This document shows, piece after piece, positions 36,514 through 45,116 of a DNA stretch of 46,919 nt. Made by a program: the position numbers and the translations under genes. The DNA is taken from assembly GCA_046765795.1 (NCBI GenBank), contig JBKPRH010000183.1, positions 1 to 46,919 on the forward strand, read 5' to 3'. Positions within the stretch are counted from its first letter, which is position 1. Every line of letters starts with the position of its first letter. The stretch comes from Acidobacteriota bacterium (lineage in GTDB: Bacteria; Acidobacteriota; Vicinamibacteria; Vicinamibacterales; UBA2999). Below the pieces are notes generated by a model. That model was not told the DNA's origin and did not search any database. It was given only the letters and a program-made list of their open reading frames with translations.

Positions 36514-38982
36514 TCACCACGATGTCGTGACGTGCGCGAGCACGCGGCGACCGAGCAGATCACCGCCGAACATCTCGTAGTGCTCGTTGTCGAACAGATT
36601 CGACGCATCGACGCCGGCACGCACGCGCTTCGTGATCAGATAGGCGGCCTGCACGTCGGTCAGACCGTACGCCGGAACCGGACCGGCATAGATACCTGAC
36701 AGCCAATCGAACCCATCCGTCCACCGATAGCGGACGCTCGCGTCGAGCCGAGGCGCGACGTAGGAGAGCGCAAACGACGCCTGATGCCGCGGCGTGTTAG
36801 GAAGGATCGGCACGTCAGGGGCCTGCAGCGTGAGGTCGTAATCGAACAGCGTGTAGTTCACGTCGACACGAAAGCGCTCGGGCAGCGACGTGGTGACCCC
36901 CACTTCGAGCCCTTGCGTGCGCGCCTTCCCAAAGTTGCCGTTCGACAGCAGCGCGAACGCCGGCGAGCCGTCCTCGAGATTACTCAACGACGCGCCGAAC
37001 CCGGGCGGAAGAATGGCGTTCAGCGTCGCCTGCAACGCGGCCGCGACCGCGGGGCTCACACCTGCCGGCGGACGATACGGCCCGTAATCCGGATTGAGAC
37101 GTCCGAGACTGGTACCGACCTGCGGCAGCAGTCCGCTCGTGAAGGTCTCGAGGTGATTCAGGAAGTACGTGACGCCGACCAGCGTTCGGCGCGCAATGAG
37201 ACCGCTGTATCCGACGTCGAGGCCGGTGACCTGTTCGACCTCCAGGTGAGGATTGCCAACCGCCAGCACCGGAATATGCTCGAAGCCGAGTCTGACGCCG
37301 CCAAGCGCCGGTGCGAACGCCTGCTCGATCGCAGAGAGATCCAGCGGCGGCGCGACCGCAGCCTGAAGCCGCGTCTCCGCGATCGTCGGCGCCTTGAACG
37401 CGCGGGCCACGGACACTCGCAGCGTGTGCGAGGGCGCCAGACCGACGATCACCGCGCCACGCGGTGAGAACGTCGCGTCATACAGGCTGCTGACTTCGAC
37501 CCGCGCGGCGCCTGACACCTTGACGCGATCGGTGAACGCGTAGTCGGTCTGTCCGAATACCGCGCCATCGTTGACGATTTGTGCCTCGGGCCAGATCGTC
37601 TCGACACCGGCCGGGTTCTTCGAATCGGCTTTCAGTCGCCCGATCGAGAGCCCACCGAAAAATCGGCCTTTCCCGCGGCTGAACGACCCCTGCGTGTCCG
37701 CGCTCGTCTGCAGCAGGTAGCCGTTGTCGTACGAGCCCACACCGGACGACAAGCCCAGCGAGTTGTTCAGATCCTCAGCGCTGAGCGCGCTGCTCACCCG
37801 CCACCGCGGCGTCGTGAACTGTCCTCGCGCCCACGGCTGATTCATCCCCTCGGTTTGATAGCGTCCAAGGTTGGTGGTGGAGACGTGCCCCTCGCTGTGC
37901 GACGCGCCTCCCTCGACGACGAGCAGCGAGCCACTCGCCAACGGCCGATCGACGCGGGCGGAGCCATAGAACAGGCTGACGTGATCCTGTGCGAGCGGTA
38001 CGACCTCGCGAGGCAACCCTTCGTACTCGACCGACGTGACACGAGACCGTGCGAAGTCGCCACTGTGCTGCGCCCCGCCCATGACTCGAAAATAGGTGCT
38101 TGCTCCGAGTTTCCCGGCATGACGGCCGTCGAACCGGCTGGTCCCCAGCTCACCGGCGGTGATCCGCGCCTGACCACCTGGGTTTCCAATCGCCGACTTC
38201 GTCTTGATGCTCATGACGCCGTTGAACGCACCCGCTCCATACAGCGCACTGCCGGCGCCGCGGACGAATTCGAACGAGTCGATCTCGTCGAGCGCAAACG
38301 ACACACCGGCCCAATTCGTGACGCCCATCACCGCAATCTGCGAGGTGTCACGGTCGTCCACGAACGTCCGCACGCGACGATTGGACATGTCGTTGAATCC
38401 GCGCGCGTTGACATTGAAGTCGTAGAGACCGCTTTGGACCACATTCACGCCCGGCGCATACGCGACCAGGCGCGGGACTTGACCCTGTGCCGCCAAACGG
38501 CGCACCTCGTCGGCATCGAGATGCGTGACCGGCGCCGGCGCATCGACGGCACGTTCGACCTGCCGCGACGCGGCTTCGACGACGAAGCTCTCGACGAATG
38601 ACAGCGGCCACTCAACCTTCGTCACAACTGTGGCCGCGGCCAGCGCGGTCACCGTCACCATCGACGTCGTTGAATAGTTGGCGAGCGTGAAGATCAGGGT
38701 GTAGGTGCCCGGCCGAACATTGGAGAAGACGTAGTCGCCACCGGTCGATGTCCACTCGGCAGCGCCGGTCTCCTGAATCACGACTTGCACTCCGGCCAGC
38801 GGCGTCTCGTCGTCTAGCCGACTGACGTGACCGGTTATTCGCCCAGTGTTTTGTCCAGCCGCGACGCCTGGCACGAGGAGCAGCACACACGCAGCCAGTG
38901 GCAGCAAACGTCGCCAGATCCGGCTATAGCCGGACAGTACGATTCTCATCAGGATTCGATTCTTGTCGGGATTCGTGTGCAC
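36514..38982 (-). CDS. TonB-dependent receptor with N-terminal carboxypeptidase-regulatory-like domain (start may be 38949)
   Basis: Signal peptide; plug motifs (APGV, NARGF, EFVRGAGSALYGAGAFNGV), NPHLEVE, NLFD and C-terminal Trp. Confidence 0.9.
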   Translation of the reverse strand: MHTNPDKNRILMRIVLSGYSRIWRRLLPLAACVLLLVPGVAAGQNTGRITGHVSRLDDETPLAGVQVVIQETGAAEWTSTGGDYVFSNVRPGTYTLIFTLANYSTTSMVTVTALAAATVVTKVEWPLSFVESFVVEAASRQVERAVDAPAPVTHLDADEVRRLAAQGQVPRLVAYAPGVNVVQSGLYDFNVNARGFNDMSNRRVRTFVDDRDTSQIAVMGVTNWAGVSFALDEIDSFEFVRGAGSALYGAGAFNGVMSIKTKSAIGNPGGQARITAGELGTSRFDGRHAGKLGASTYFRVMGGAQHSGDFARSRVTSVEYEGLPREVVPLAQDHVSLFYGSARVDRPLASGSLLVVEGGASHSEGHVSTTNLGRYQTEGMNQPWARGQFTTPRWRVSSALSAEDLNNSLGLSSGVGSYDNGYLLQTSADTQGSFSRGKGRFFGGLSIGRLKADSKNPAGVETIWPEAQIVNDGAVFGQTDYAFTDRVKVSGAARVEVSSLYDATFSPRGAVIVGLAPSHTLRVSVARAFKAPTIAETRLQAAVAPPLDLSAIEQAFAPALGGVRLGFEHIPVLAVGNPHLEVEQVTGLDVGYSGLIARRTLVGVTYFLNHLETFTSGLLPQVGTSLGRLNPDYGPYRPPAGVSPAVAAALQATLNAILPPGFGASLSNLEDGSPAFALLSNGNFGKARTQGLEVGVTTSLPERFRVDVNYTLFDYDLTLQAPDVPILPNTPRHQASFALSYVAPRLDASVRYRWTDGFDWLSGIYAGPVPAYGLTDVQAAYLITKRVRAGVDASNLFDNEHYEMFGGDLLGRRVLAHVTTSW

Positions 38983-39844
38983 GCCAGTGCAGGAGACCTA
39001 CGACAGCCGCCGCCACGGGAATGCCCATCGCAACGGCGGCGATCGGTCGTGTCCCGGGAGGATAGCCCGCAAAAGTGAAGAACACCCACCATCCGGAGTA
39101 CGCGAGCAGCGGATAGGCCGCTGCCAACGTCGTGACCCGCGCTGGTGGCGAACCGGCGATCCGCCGATGCGTCGCCCTGAACAGCCAGGAGATCGTGAAT
39201 GCGACCAGCATCCACCCGGCAAAGCCGCGGAATTGTTCGCCGAAGTAGTTGCCCGGATTGATCATGACCCAGGCGCCAATCTTGCGAACCATGAAGGGAT
39301 CGAGAGCCAAATCGTAGGCGGTGACGATGCCGGCACCTATGATCGCGATCAAGATTCCCTGACCACCAGGCACGACGGCGACCGGGCGCCACTCCACCAT
39401 CAAGTTCGCCAGCACGTACGACAGATACACAATGACGTACCACGCCAGCGGAATGATGTAGGGCACAGCGAAGAGACGCGGACCAAAGACGTCCGTGTAG
39501 TAGTACGGCCCGAACGGAAACCCGGTCCGAATCGACAGCGCTTCGAAGAAGAACCCGAGGACCACACCGAAGATCACGAATGCGGCCGTCGCGCGTGCGC
39601 CCATGAGGAGAATGCTGCTGCACACGCAGAACACCGTCATGAGAACGGTGACCGAGACCCAGAACGCCTGATATCCGGTCAGTAGATGGTGAGCGTGGAT
39701 CGCGAAGGCACTGAGGAGGGCCACACCACACGCGGCGTGTAGCGCCGTGACAGATCCGGGTCGGGTCACAGGTTCGTGGTCCGTATGGCCTGAAGCGGTG
39801 CGAGCTGCCACCAGCCTCCGAAAAAACATTCGCGGCCGCGACAA
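38924..39844 (-). CDS. CruF-like carotenoid/isoprenoid hydratase family (DUF422) membrane protein
   Basis: E.L.I.TGFPFGPY.Y...GP.L..VP..IP.AW, DLALDP, W....G.YFG and F.GW. Confidence 0.8.
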   Translation of the reverse strand: MSRPRMFFRRLVAARTASGHTDHEPVTRPGSVTALHAACGVALLSAFAIHAHHLLTGYQAFWVSVTVLMTVFCVCSSILLMGARATAAFVIFGVVLGFFFEALSIRTGFPFGPYYYTDVFGPRLFAVPYIIPLAWYVIVYLSYVLANLMVEWRPVAVVPGGQGILIAIIGAGIVTAYDLALDPFMVRKIGAWVMINPGNYFGEQFRGFAGWMLVAFTISWLFRATHRRIAGSPPARVTTLAAAYPLLAYSGWWVFFTFAGYPPGTRPIAAVAMGIPVAAAVVGLLHWRAHESRQESNPDENRTVRL

Positions 39845-39884
39845 CGGAGCGGCCGGCGTATTTCACGAACGGCGTACCACGAGA

Positions 39885-42161
39885 TCACTTTCCTGACTCT
39901 ATTTGCTCCACAAGTGCCTGGAAACGCGGGTCATCCCGAACGGGTGCCAGCAGTGGCATAAGTCTATACGCAACGCAGTGTCCGGCGCGCTCTTCGACGC
40001 CTTTCTGATACCACGCAATCGCCTCGTCCATGTCTCCGAGGCCTTGATAGATCTGACCGATGCACGCCGCTGATACATACCCGGTCACGCGGCGAGCTTT
40101 CAGCTGCTCGGCAATCGCCAGCGCTTCGTCGACCCGGCCGGCCTTGGCGCGCGCCCACCCCGCGTAGCCTTCGAGCGCGGCATCGCCGTATGAGTACGCA
40201 CGGCCACGGTCGAAGACCTCGATCGCCTCTTCGAACTGCCCCTTTGCCGCTTTTGCCAGTCCCAGATGCCAATAGGCGGAGAAGAAGGTCGGGTCGAACG
40301 CGATGATGCGTTCCGACTCGATGATCATCTCGTCGTAGCGCTCGAGGATGTAGAGCGTATCGACAACCGCGCGCTGCGCGACGAGCGACAACGGATCCAC
40401 TTCGATTGCACGCTTCGCCTCGGCGAGCGATTCCTCTCCACGTCCAAGCGTGCTGAGCAGCGATGCGTAGAGCAGTCTGGCATTCGCGTCGCCAGGACTC
40501 AGCTCGATGGCCTTGCGGTACGAGGCTTCGGCACCGTCGAAGTCCCAGTCGTACCAATGGCGAACCATTCCGAGCGCCACGTAGCCATCGGCCACGCCAT
40601 CGTCGAGGGCGACAGCACGTTCGGCAGCCGCCTTGGCGCGCGGCATGATCGCGCTCGGCAATTCCTGCGAGAACAGACTCTGCAGAATGTAGGCCTGGGC
40701 GAGACCCGCATACGGATCGGCGTATGTCGGTTCCAGCTCGATCGCCCGCTTGAAGCTCTCGACGCCCCTGGCCAGCGCATCCCAGGTCAGCTTGAAGGAC
40801 GAGTGACGGCCTTTCAGATATTGGCTGTACGCCTCGAATGAGCGGGGCAGACGCCGATTCCGCGGCTCGTACTGGCTCGACCATGTGCTGCCCGACCTGC
40901 TCGACGCGTGTGCCGCCGGCGCAAAGCTGCTCTTCAGGCGCGCCACGATGGACTGCGCGATTTCGTCCTGCACTTTGAAGATGTCGTCGAGCTCACGATC
41001 GTACCGCTCCGACCAGATCTGAAAGCCATCCGCAACGTTGGTGAGTTGCACCGTGATCCGCAGGCGAGACCCTGCCCGCCGCACGCTGCCCTCGAGCACT
41101 GTGCCCACCTTCAAACGCCGGCCGATATCGGTGACGTCGGCAGCCCCATCGCGGAACTGGAATGACGACATGCGTGAAGCGACGCGCACGTGCTTCAAGG
41201 TCATGAGCGCGGCAATCAGTTCGTCGGCGATGCCATCGCAGAAGTAATCCTGATCCCGGGCCGGATTCAGATCGGCAAACGGCAGCACCGCGATCGACGG
41301 AAGTGCCGCCAGCGCGGACGCGGGCGCGCCGACCGTGACATCCGCGGCGAGCGCGTTCAGGAGCTCGCCTCCGTTGGCGAATCGATCTTCCGGCGCCTTC
41401 GCGAGGCAGCGCATGACGATCGATCGCAGCGCGGCCGGAATGGTCTCGGACATCGGCGACGGCTCGTCGCGCACCGTTGCCGTCGCGGCGTCGAAGGCAT
41501 TCACTCCCTGGAACGGCCGCCGGCCGGTCAGCATCTCGTACAACAGACGGCCGAACGAGAACACGTCGGTACGCGCGTCGATTGGTTCACCGAGGAACTG
41601 CTCTGGCGCCGCGTAGCCGGTTGTCCCCACGAACGAACCGACACGCGTCTGGGCCGCGGTGACCGCATCCTCGATGCGGCCGGCCGTTGCGACCTTCGCG
41701 AGTCCGAAATCGAGAATCTTGATCGCACCGCCGCCGGTGATCATCACGTTCCCCGGCTTCAGATCGCGATGGACAATGCCGTGGGCATGAGCGACGGCGA
41801 GAGCGCCGGCAATCTGCTTGGCGTAGGCGTGCGCAGTCTCCATGCGCAGCGGCAAGCCACCGAGCGTCTCCGCGAGTGTGCGGCCCTCGAGGAACTCCAT
41901 CACCAGAAACGGCGTGTCCGCATCGGTGCCGATGTCGAAGAGGGTGCAGATGTTCGGATGGTTCAATGCGGCGATGGCTTTTGCTTCGACGTCGAACCGC
42001 TCATGCAACGCCGGCGCGCCGTCGGGCGCGCGCAGGACTTTGATCGCCACGCGGCGGTTCAGCCGGGTATCGAGTGCTCGATACACTTCGCCCATGCCGC
42101 CGCGACCGACCTGCGCAACGATTTCGTACGGCCCCAGCCGGCGCCCAGCGGACAGCGTCAC
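39885..42161 (-). CDS. Hanks-type Ser/Thr kinase with TolB-like and TPR domains
   Basis: GRGGMGEVY, VAIK, HRDLKPGN, DFG and APE; SIAVLPF..DG..DEL..VLEGSVR; TPR helices. GTG start overlaps the SDR stop. Confidence 0.92.
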   Translation of the reverse strand: MTLSAGRRLGPYEIVAQVGRGGMGEVYRALDTRLNRRVAIKVLRAPDGAPALHERFDVEAKAIAALNHPNICTLFDIGTDADTPFLVMEFLEGRTLAETLGGLPLRMETAHAYAKQIAGALAVAHAHGIVHRDLKPGNVMITGGGAIKILDFGLAKVATAGRIEDAVTAAQTRVGSFVGTTGYAAPEQFLGEPIDARTDVFSFGRLLYEMLTGRRPFQGVNAFDAATATVRDEPSPMSETIPAALRSIVMRCLAKAPEDRFANGGELLNALAADVTVGAPASALAALPSIAVLPFADLNPARDQDYFCDGIADELIAALMTLKHVRVASRMSSFQFRDGAADVTDIGRRLKVGTVLEGSVRRAGSRLRITVQLTNVADGFQIWSERYDRELDDIFKVQDEIAQSIVARLKSSFAPAAHASSRSGSTWSSQYEPRNRRLPRSFEAYSQYLKGRHSSFKLTWDALARGVESFKRAIELEPTYADPYAGLAQAYILQSLFSQELPSAIMPRAKAAAERAVALDDGVADGYVALGMVRHWYDWDFDGAEASYRKAIELSPGDANARLLYASLLSTLGRGEESLAEAKRAIEVDPLSLVAQRAVVDTLYILERYDEMIIESERIIAFDPTFFSAYWHLGLAKAAKGQFEEAIEVFDRGRAYSYGDAALEGYAGWARAKAGRVDEALAIAEQLKARRVTGYVSAACIGQIYQGLGDMDEAIAWYQKGVEERAGHCVAYRLMPLLAPVRDDPRFQALVEQIESGK

Positions 42162-42928
42162 ATCACCACCCCACCACCAACGAGAATAGCCTGCCCGGTG
42201 ATGAATGCCGCTGCAGGCGATGCGAGAAAAATCGCAGCGCCTGCCACGTCGTCCGGTGTGCCCCACCGTTCGAGCGGCGTCGCCTCGGCAATCGCGCGAT
42301 GACGTTTCGCATCGAGGCCTTCACCAAATGATGTTTCGATCCAACCGGGCGCGATCACGTTCACTCGCACGCGCGGCGCGAGCGATCTCGCGAGCGATTT
42401 GCTGAACGCGAGGACGCCGCCTTTCACCGCTGCGAACATCTGCGGGTTGGTACCGGCCATGCCACTGAGGACGTGATCCCAACTCATGTTGATGATCACG
42501 CCGCCGTGCTCTTGTGCCGCGAGCACTTCAGCAGCGCACCACGACGCATGAATCGTCCCGCGCAGGTCCACCGCGAGCAGCAGATCGAGCCGTTGCGAAT
42601 CGGAGAGCGATGCGGCAGGTCCGGTGAGGATGTCGGCTCCCGCGTTGTTGACCCAGGCATCGACGCGCCCGAGCGCATTGCGGACAGCTGGTCCGAGCGA
42701 GCGGAGCGACGCGTCGTTGGAAACGTCGAGCCTGATGACAGCGGCGCGCCGGCCGAGTGTGGTGATCTCCTGCTCGACTTCGCGCGCGCCCGCCTCGTTG
42801 GTCCGGTAGGTGAACGCGACATCCGCGCCGGCTCGAGCCGCGGCGAGGGCGATGGCTTTGCCGATACCGCTCGATGCGCCGGTCACGAACATCGTGCGCC
42901 CGGCCAACGACTGGGAGGCCTCCGTCAT
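42158..42928 (-). CDS. Short-chain dehydrogenase/reductase with Phe in place of the catalytic Tyr
   Basis: TGASSGIG, NNAG, FAAVK at the YxxxK position and RVNVIAPGWIET. Confidence 0.88.
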   Translation of the reverse strand: MTEASQSLAGRTMFVTGASSGIGKAIALAAARAGADVAFTYRTNEAGAREVEQEITTLGRRAAVIRLDVSNDASLRSLGPAVRNALGRVDAWVNNAGADILTGPAASLSDSQRLDLLLAVDLRGTIHASWCAAEVLAAQEHGGVIINMSWDHVLSGMAGTNPQMFAAVKGGVLAFSKSLARSLAPRVRVNVIAPGWIETSFGEGLDAKRHRAIAEATPLERWGTPDDVAGAAIFLASPAAAFITGQAILVGGGVVM

Positions 42929-43027
42929 CTGTCACGCGATCATATATCCGCGATCTCAATCGATGCCCGACGGCTCTGCTAAAATCCGCATTAATCTGAC
43001 GCGCGTTGCGCGCGTAGGCGGGACCTC

Positions 43028-43828
43028 ATGACCACACTCACACGATCACGTATCCATCTGATTGCCGGCCTGATCGCCGCCTGTGCGATGAGCGCGACAA
43101 CCACCGCGCAGTGGGCGGACTATCCGATGAAGAACGTGCCGAGGACGAAGGACGGCAAGGTCGATCTCAATGCACCGCCGAGTCGCACACCCGACGGCAA
43201 GATCGATCTCTCGGGCTTCTGGTTGCCCACCAACCCGGTGAAGCACCTGCTCAACCTCGCCGCAGACCTGCCGCCAGGAGGCGTGCCGCTGCAGCCGTGG
43301 GCCGAAGCCCTCCTCAAGGAGCGCATCGAGAACAACGGCAAGGATCATCCTGGCGCGCGCTGCTGGCCGTCAGGGATCCCCGAGAAGCTGAACATCCCCG
43401 ACGGGCTGAAGCTGGTTCAGACGCCGGACGTGATGCTCTTCCTCCACGAGTCGCGCACGATCTACCGCCAGGTCTTCACCGACGGACGCAAGCTTCCGCG
43501 TGTGCCTGAGGACGCGCAGCCGATGTGGATGGGATACTCCGTCGGCCGCTGGGAGGGCGACACCTTCATCGTCGAAACGATCGGTCAGAACGGCAGGACG
43601 TGGCTCGACATGCGCGGTCTGCCCGGCACCGAGGCGCTGAAGGTCACCGAACGCTATACACGTCCGTCGATCGGCCGCATCTACATCGACGTGACCATCG
43701 ACGACCCCAAGGCCTACACCAAGCCGTGGGACGTCCGGCTCTCCTGGGACCTCAAGCCCGATTGGGAGCTGATCGAGAGCATCTGCGAAGAGAACAACCG
43801 GGACGTCCCCCATATGGTCGGCAAATAA
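43028..43828 (+). CDS. Secreted protein of unknown function (paralogue of 23006-24061)
   Basis: Signal peptide; PRTKDGK, DLSGFW, GYSVGRWEGDTFIVET and ESICEENN. Confidence 0.8.
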   Translation: MTTLTRSRIHLIAGLIAACAMSATTTAQWADYPMKNVPRTKDGKVDLNAPPSRTPDGKIDLSGFWLPTNPVKHLLNLAADLPPGGVPLQPWAEALLKERIENNGKDHPGARCWPSGIPEKLNIPDGLKLVQTPDVMLFLHESRTIYRQVFTDGRKLPRVPEDAQPMWMGYSVGRWEGDTFIVETIGQNGRTWLDMRGLPGTEALKVTERYTRPSIGRIYIDVTIDDPKAYTKPWDVRLSWDLKPDWELIESICEENNRDVPHMVGK

Positions 43829-43838
43829 TCTTCGAGAC

Positions 43839-43897
43839 GTAGAGGCGAGTCTTCAGACTCGTCTCCCATGACGTAGAGGCGGGTCTTCAGACCCGCC
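43839..43897 (+). repeat. Two tandem family A GTAG REPs (43839-43863 and 43873-43897)
   Basis: GTAGAGGCGAGTCTTCAGACTCGTC and GTAGAGGCGGGTCTTCAGACCCGCC. Confidence 0.9.
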
Positions 43898-43902
43898 CAC
43901 AA

Positions 43903-44397
43903 TTACGGCGGACGCCAATCGATCAGCGCATCCCGCAATTCTTCTGGACTGAATCTCGACGATCCCGAGAAAGGGTACGTAGCACCCTCGGCAACGAGCC
44001 CCGCTCTGAATGGGTTATTGAGGATGTATCGCACGATGCCGACCACGGGATCGTGTTCCCGTACGACGTGGTCGTAGTAGCCCTCTTGCCACAGACGCGT
44101 AACTGCTCGTTGCTTCCACGCGAATGCCGTCTCCTGCTTCCAGTCATGCATAACCGCCTTTAGATCGGCGTCATTTGCGAGGCCCTCAAGCAGGAGATGA
44201 ACGTGGTCGGGCATCACACAGTACGCAATTACCGCAAACGGCCTCACTTCGAAGAATTGCGTAATCTGCCCCGTCATCCAGGTCGCCGCCGGTTCGCCTT
44301 CGAAGCACTTCTGCCGTCGATTGGTGCAAATCGTCAGGAAATACAGGTACGCGCCGATGTAAGAGAAGCCAGTTAGCCGTTTTGGACGATTCGCCAT
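43903..44397 (-). CDS. rayT: REP-associated tyrosine transposase (RAYT / TnpA-REP, HUH Y1 family)
   Basis: YFLTICT, VMPDHVH (HUH), WQEGYYDHVVR, YILNNP..AGLV and YPFS; flanked by inverted GTAG REPs. Confidence 0.9.
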   Translation of the reverse strand: MANRPKRLTGFSYIGAYLYFLTICTNRRQKCFEGEPAATWMTGQITQFFEVRPFAVIAYCVMPDHVHLLLEGLANDADLKAVMHDWKQETAFAWKQRAVTRLWQEGYYDHVVREHDPVVGIVRYILNNPFRAGLVAEGATYPFSGSSRFSPEELRDALIDWRPP

Positions 44398-44443
44398 ACC
44401 CGGTGAGTCGTCCAAACGCGACGCCAAGGCAGGTCTGATTCAA

Positions 44444-44468
44444 GGCGGGTCTAAAGACCCGCCTCTAC
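44444..44468 (-). repeat. Family A GTAG REP
   Basis: Minus strand GTAGAGGCGGGTCTTTAGACCCGCC. Confidence 0.9.
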
Positions 44469-44522
44469 GACCCGCCAGCGTCACAAACACAGAACTACTC
44501 CGTTCTACTCACAGGAGCCAGA

Positions 44523-45116
44523 GTGACTACGATCGCGGGTAGTTGGATGAAAGCCGTTCACCGACCGCTTGCCTCGCCGGCGACGCCAACGGGCCCCCCG
44601 CCGGCGACGACATCGACCACGGTCGATCCGCAGGCCGAGACGCTGCGGCTGTTTCAGGAACATGGCACGGCGCTGTATCGCTTCTGCAGGAGCGTGCTGC
44701 GCCACACGGGCGATGCCGAGGACGTCGTGCAGGAGACGTTCCTCAAGCTGCTCCATCACCTGCAACATGATGGCGACGCCCGCAATCTGAAATCGTGGCT
44801 GTTCACCGTCGCGGCAAACGGGTGCCGCGATCGGACGCGCTGGCGGCTGCGCTGGCTGCCGTGGACAGCCGAGCGTGACGACAGGACGGTAGGTCCGATC
44901 GACGAAGAGGTCCGCCTCAAGGCGGACACTACACATGCAGATCGCGCGCGCAGAGCATTCCGCGCACTCGCACCACGCGATCGTTTGCTGCTCTCGCTCC
45001 GCGCCCAGGGACTTTCATACAAGGACATCGCAGCCGCGTCAGGAATCCGCGAGCAGTCGGTTGGCCGTCTGCTGGCGCGAGCCTTGGACCGCTGGAGGAA
45101 ACAATGCGTTGCTTGA
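44523..45116 (+). CDS. ECF RNA polymerase sigma-70 factor
   Basis: Region 2 (DAEDVVQETFLK, SWLFTVAAN.CRD) and region 4 (GLSYKDIA..SV..LL.RA); AGGAG SD before GTG. Confidence 0.9.
   Translation: MTTIAGSWMKAVHRPLASPATPTGPPPATTSTTVDPQAETLRLFQEHGTALYRFCRSVLRHTGDAEDVVQETFLKLLHHLQHDGDARNLKSWLFTVAANGCRDRTRWRLRWLPWTAERDDRTVGPIDEEVRLKADTTHADRARRAFRALAPRDRLLLSLRAQGLSYKDIAAASGIREQSVGRLLARALDRWRKQCVA
44910..44932 (-). repeat. GTAGTGTCC REP (family B) in frame in the sigma-factor linker (reads VRLKADTT)
   Basis: Minus strand GTAGTGTCCGCCTTGAGGCGGAC: GTAG foot plus a perfect stem. Confidence 0.8.

Larger units (their letters stand above)
43839..44468. mobile_element. REPtron: RAYT gene with inverted flanking REPs
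   Basis: Two plus-strand REPs on the left and one minus-strand REP on the right; no tnpB. Confidence 0.85.

Noticed and set aside
43839-43897. Mini CRISPR array
   Set aside because: Only two units with a 9-bp gap, no cas genes, and they match RAYT-flanking REPs.
43903-44397. IS200/IS605 insertion sequence
   Set aside because: No tnpB; the WQ..Y.DH and YI..NP motifs plus GTAG REP flanks fit a RAYT.
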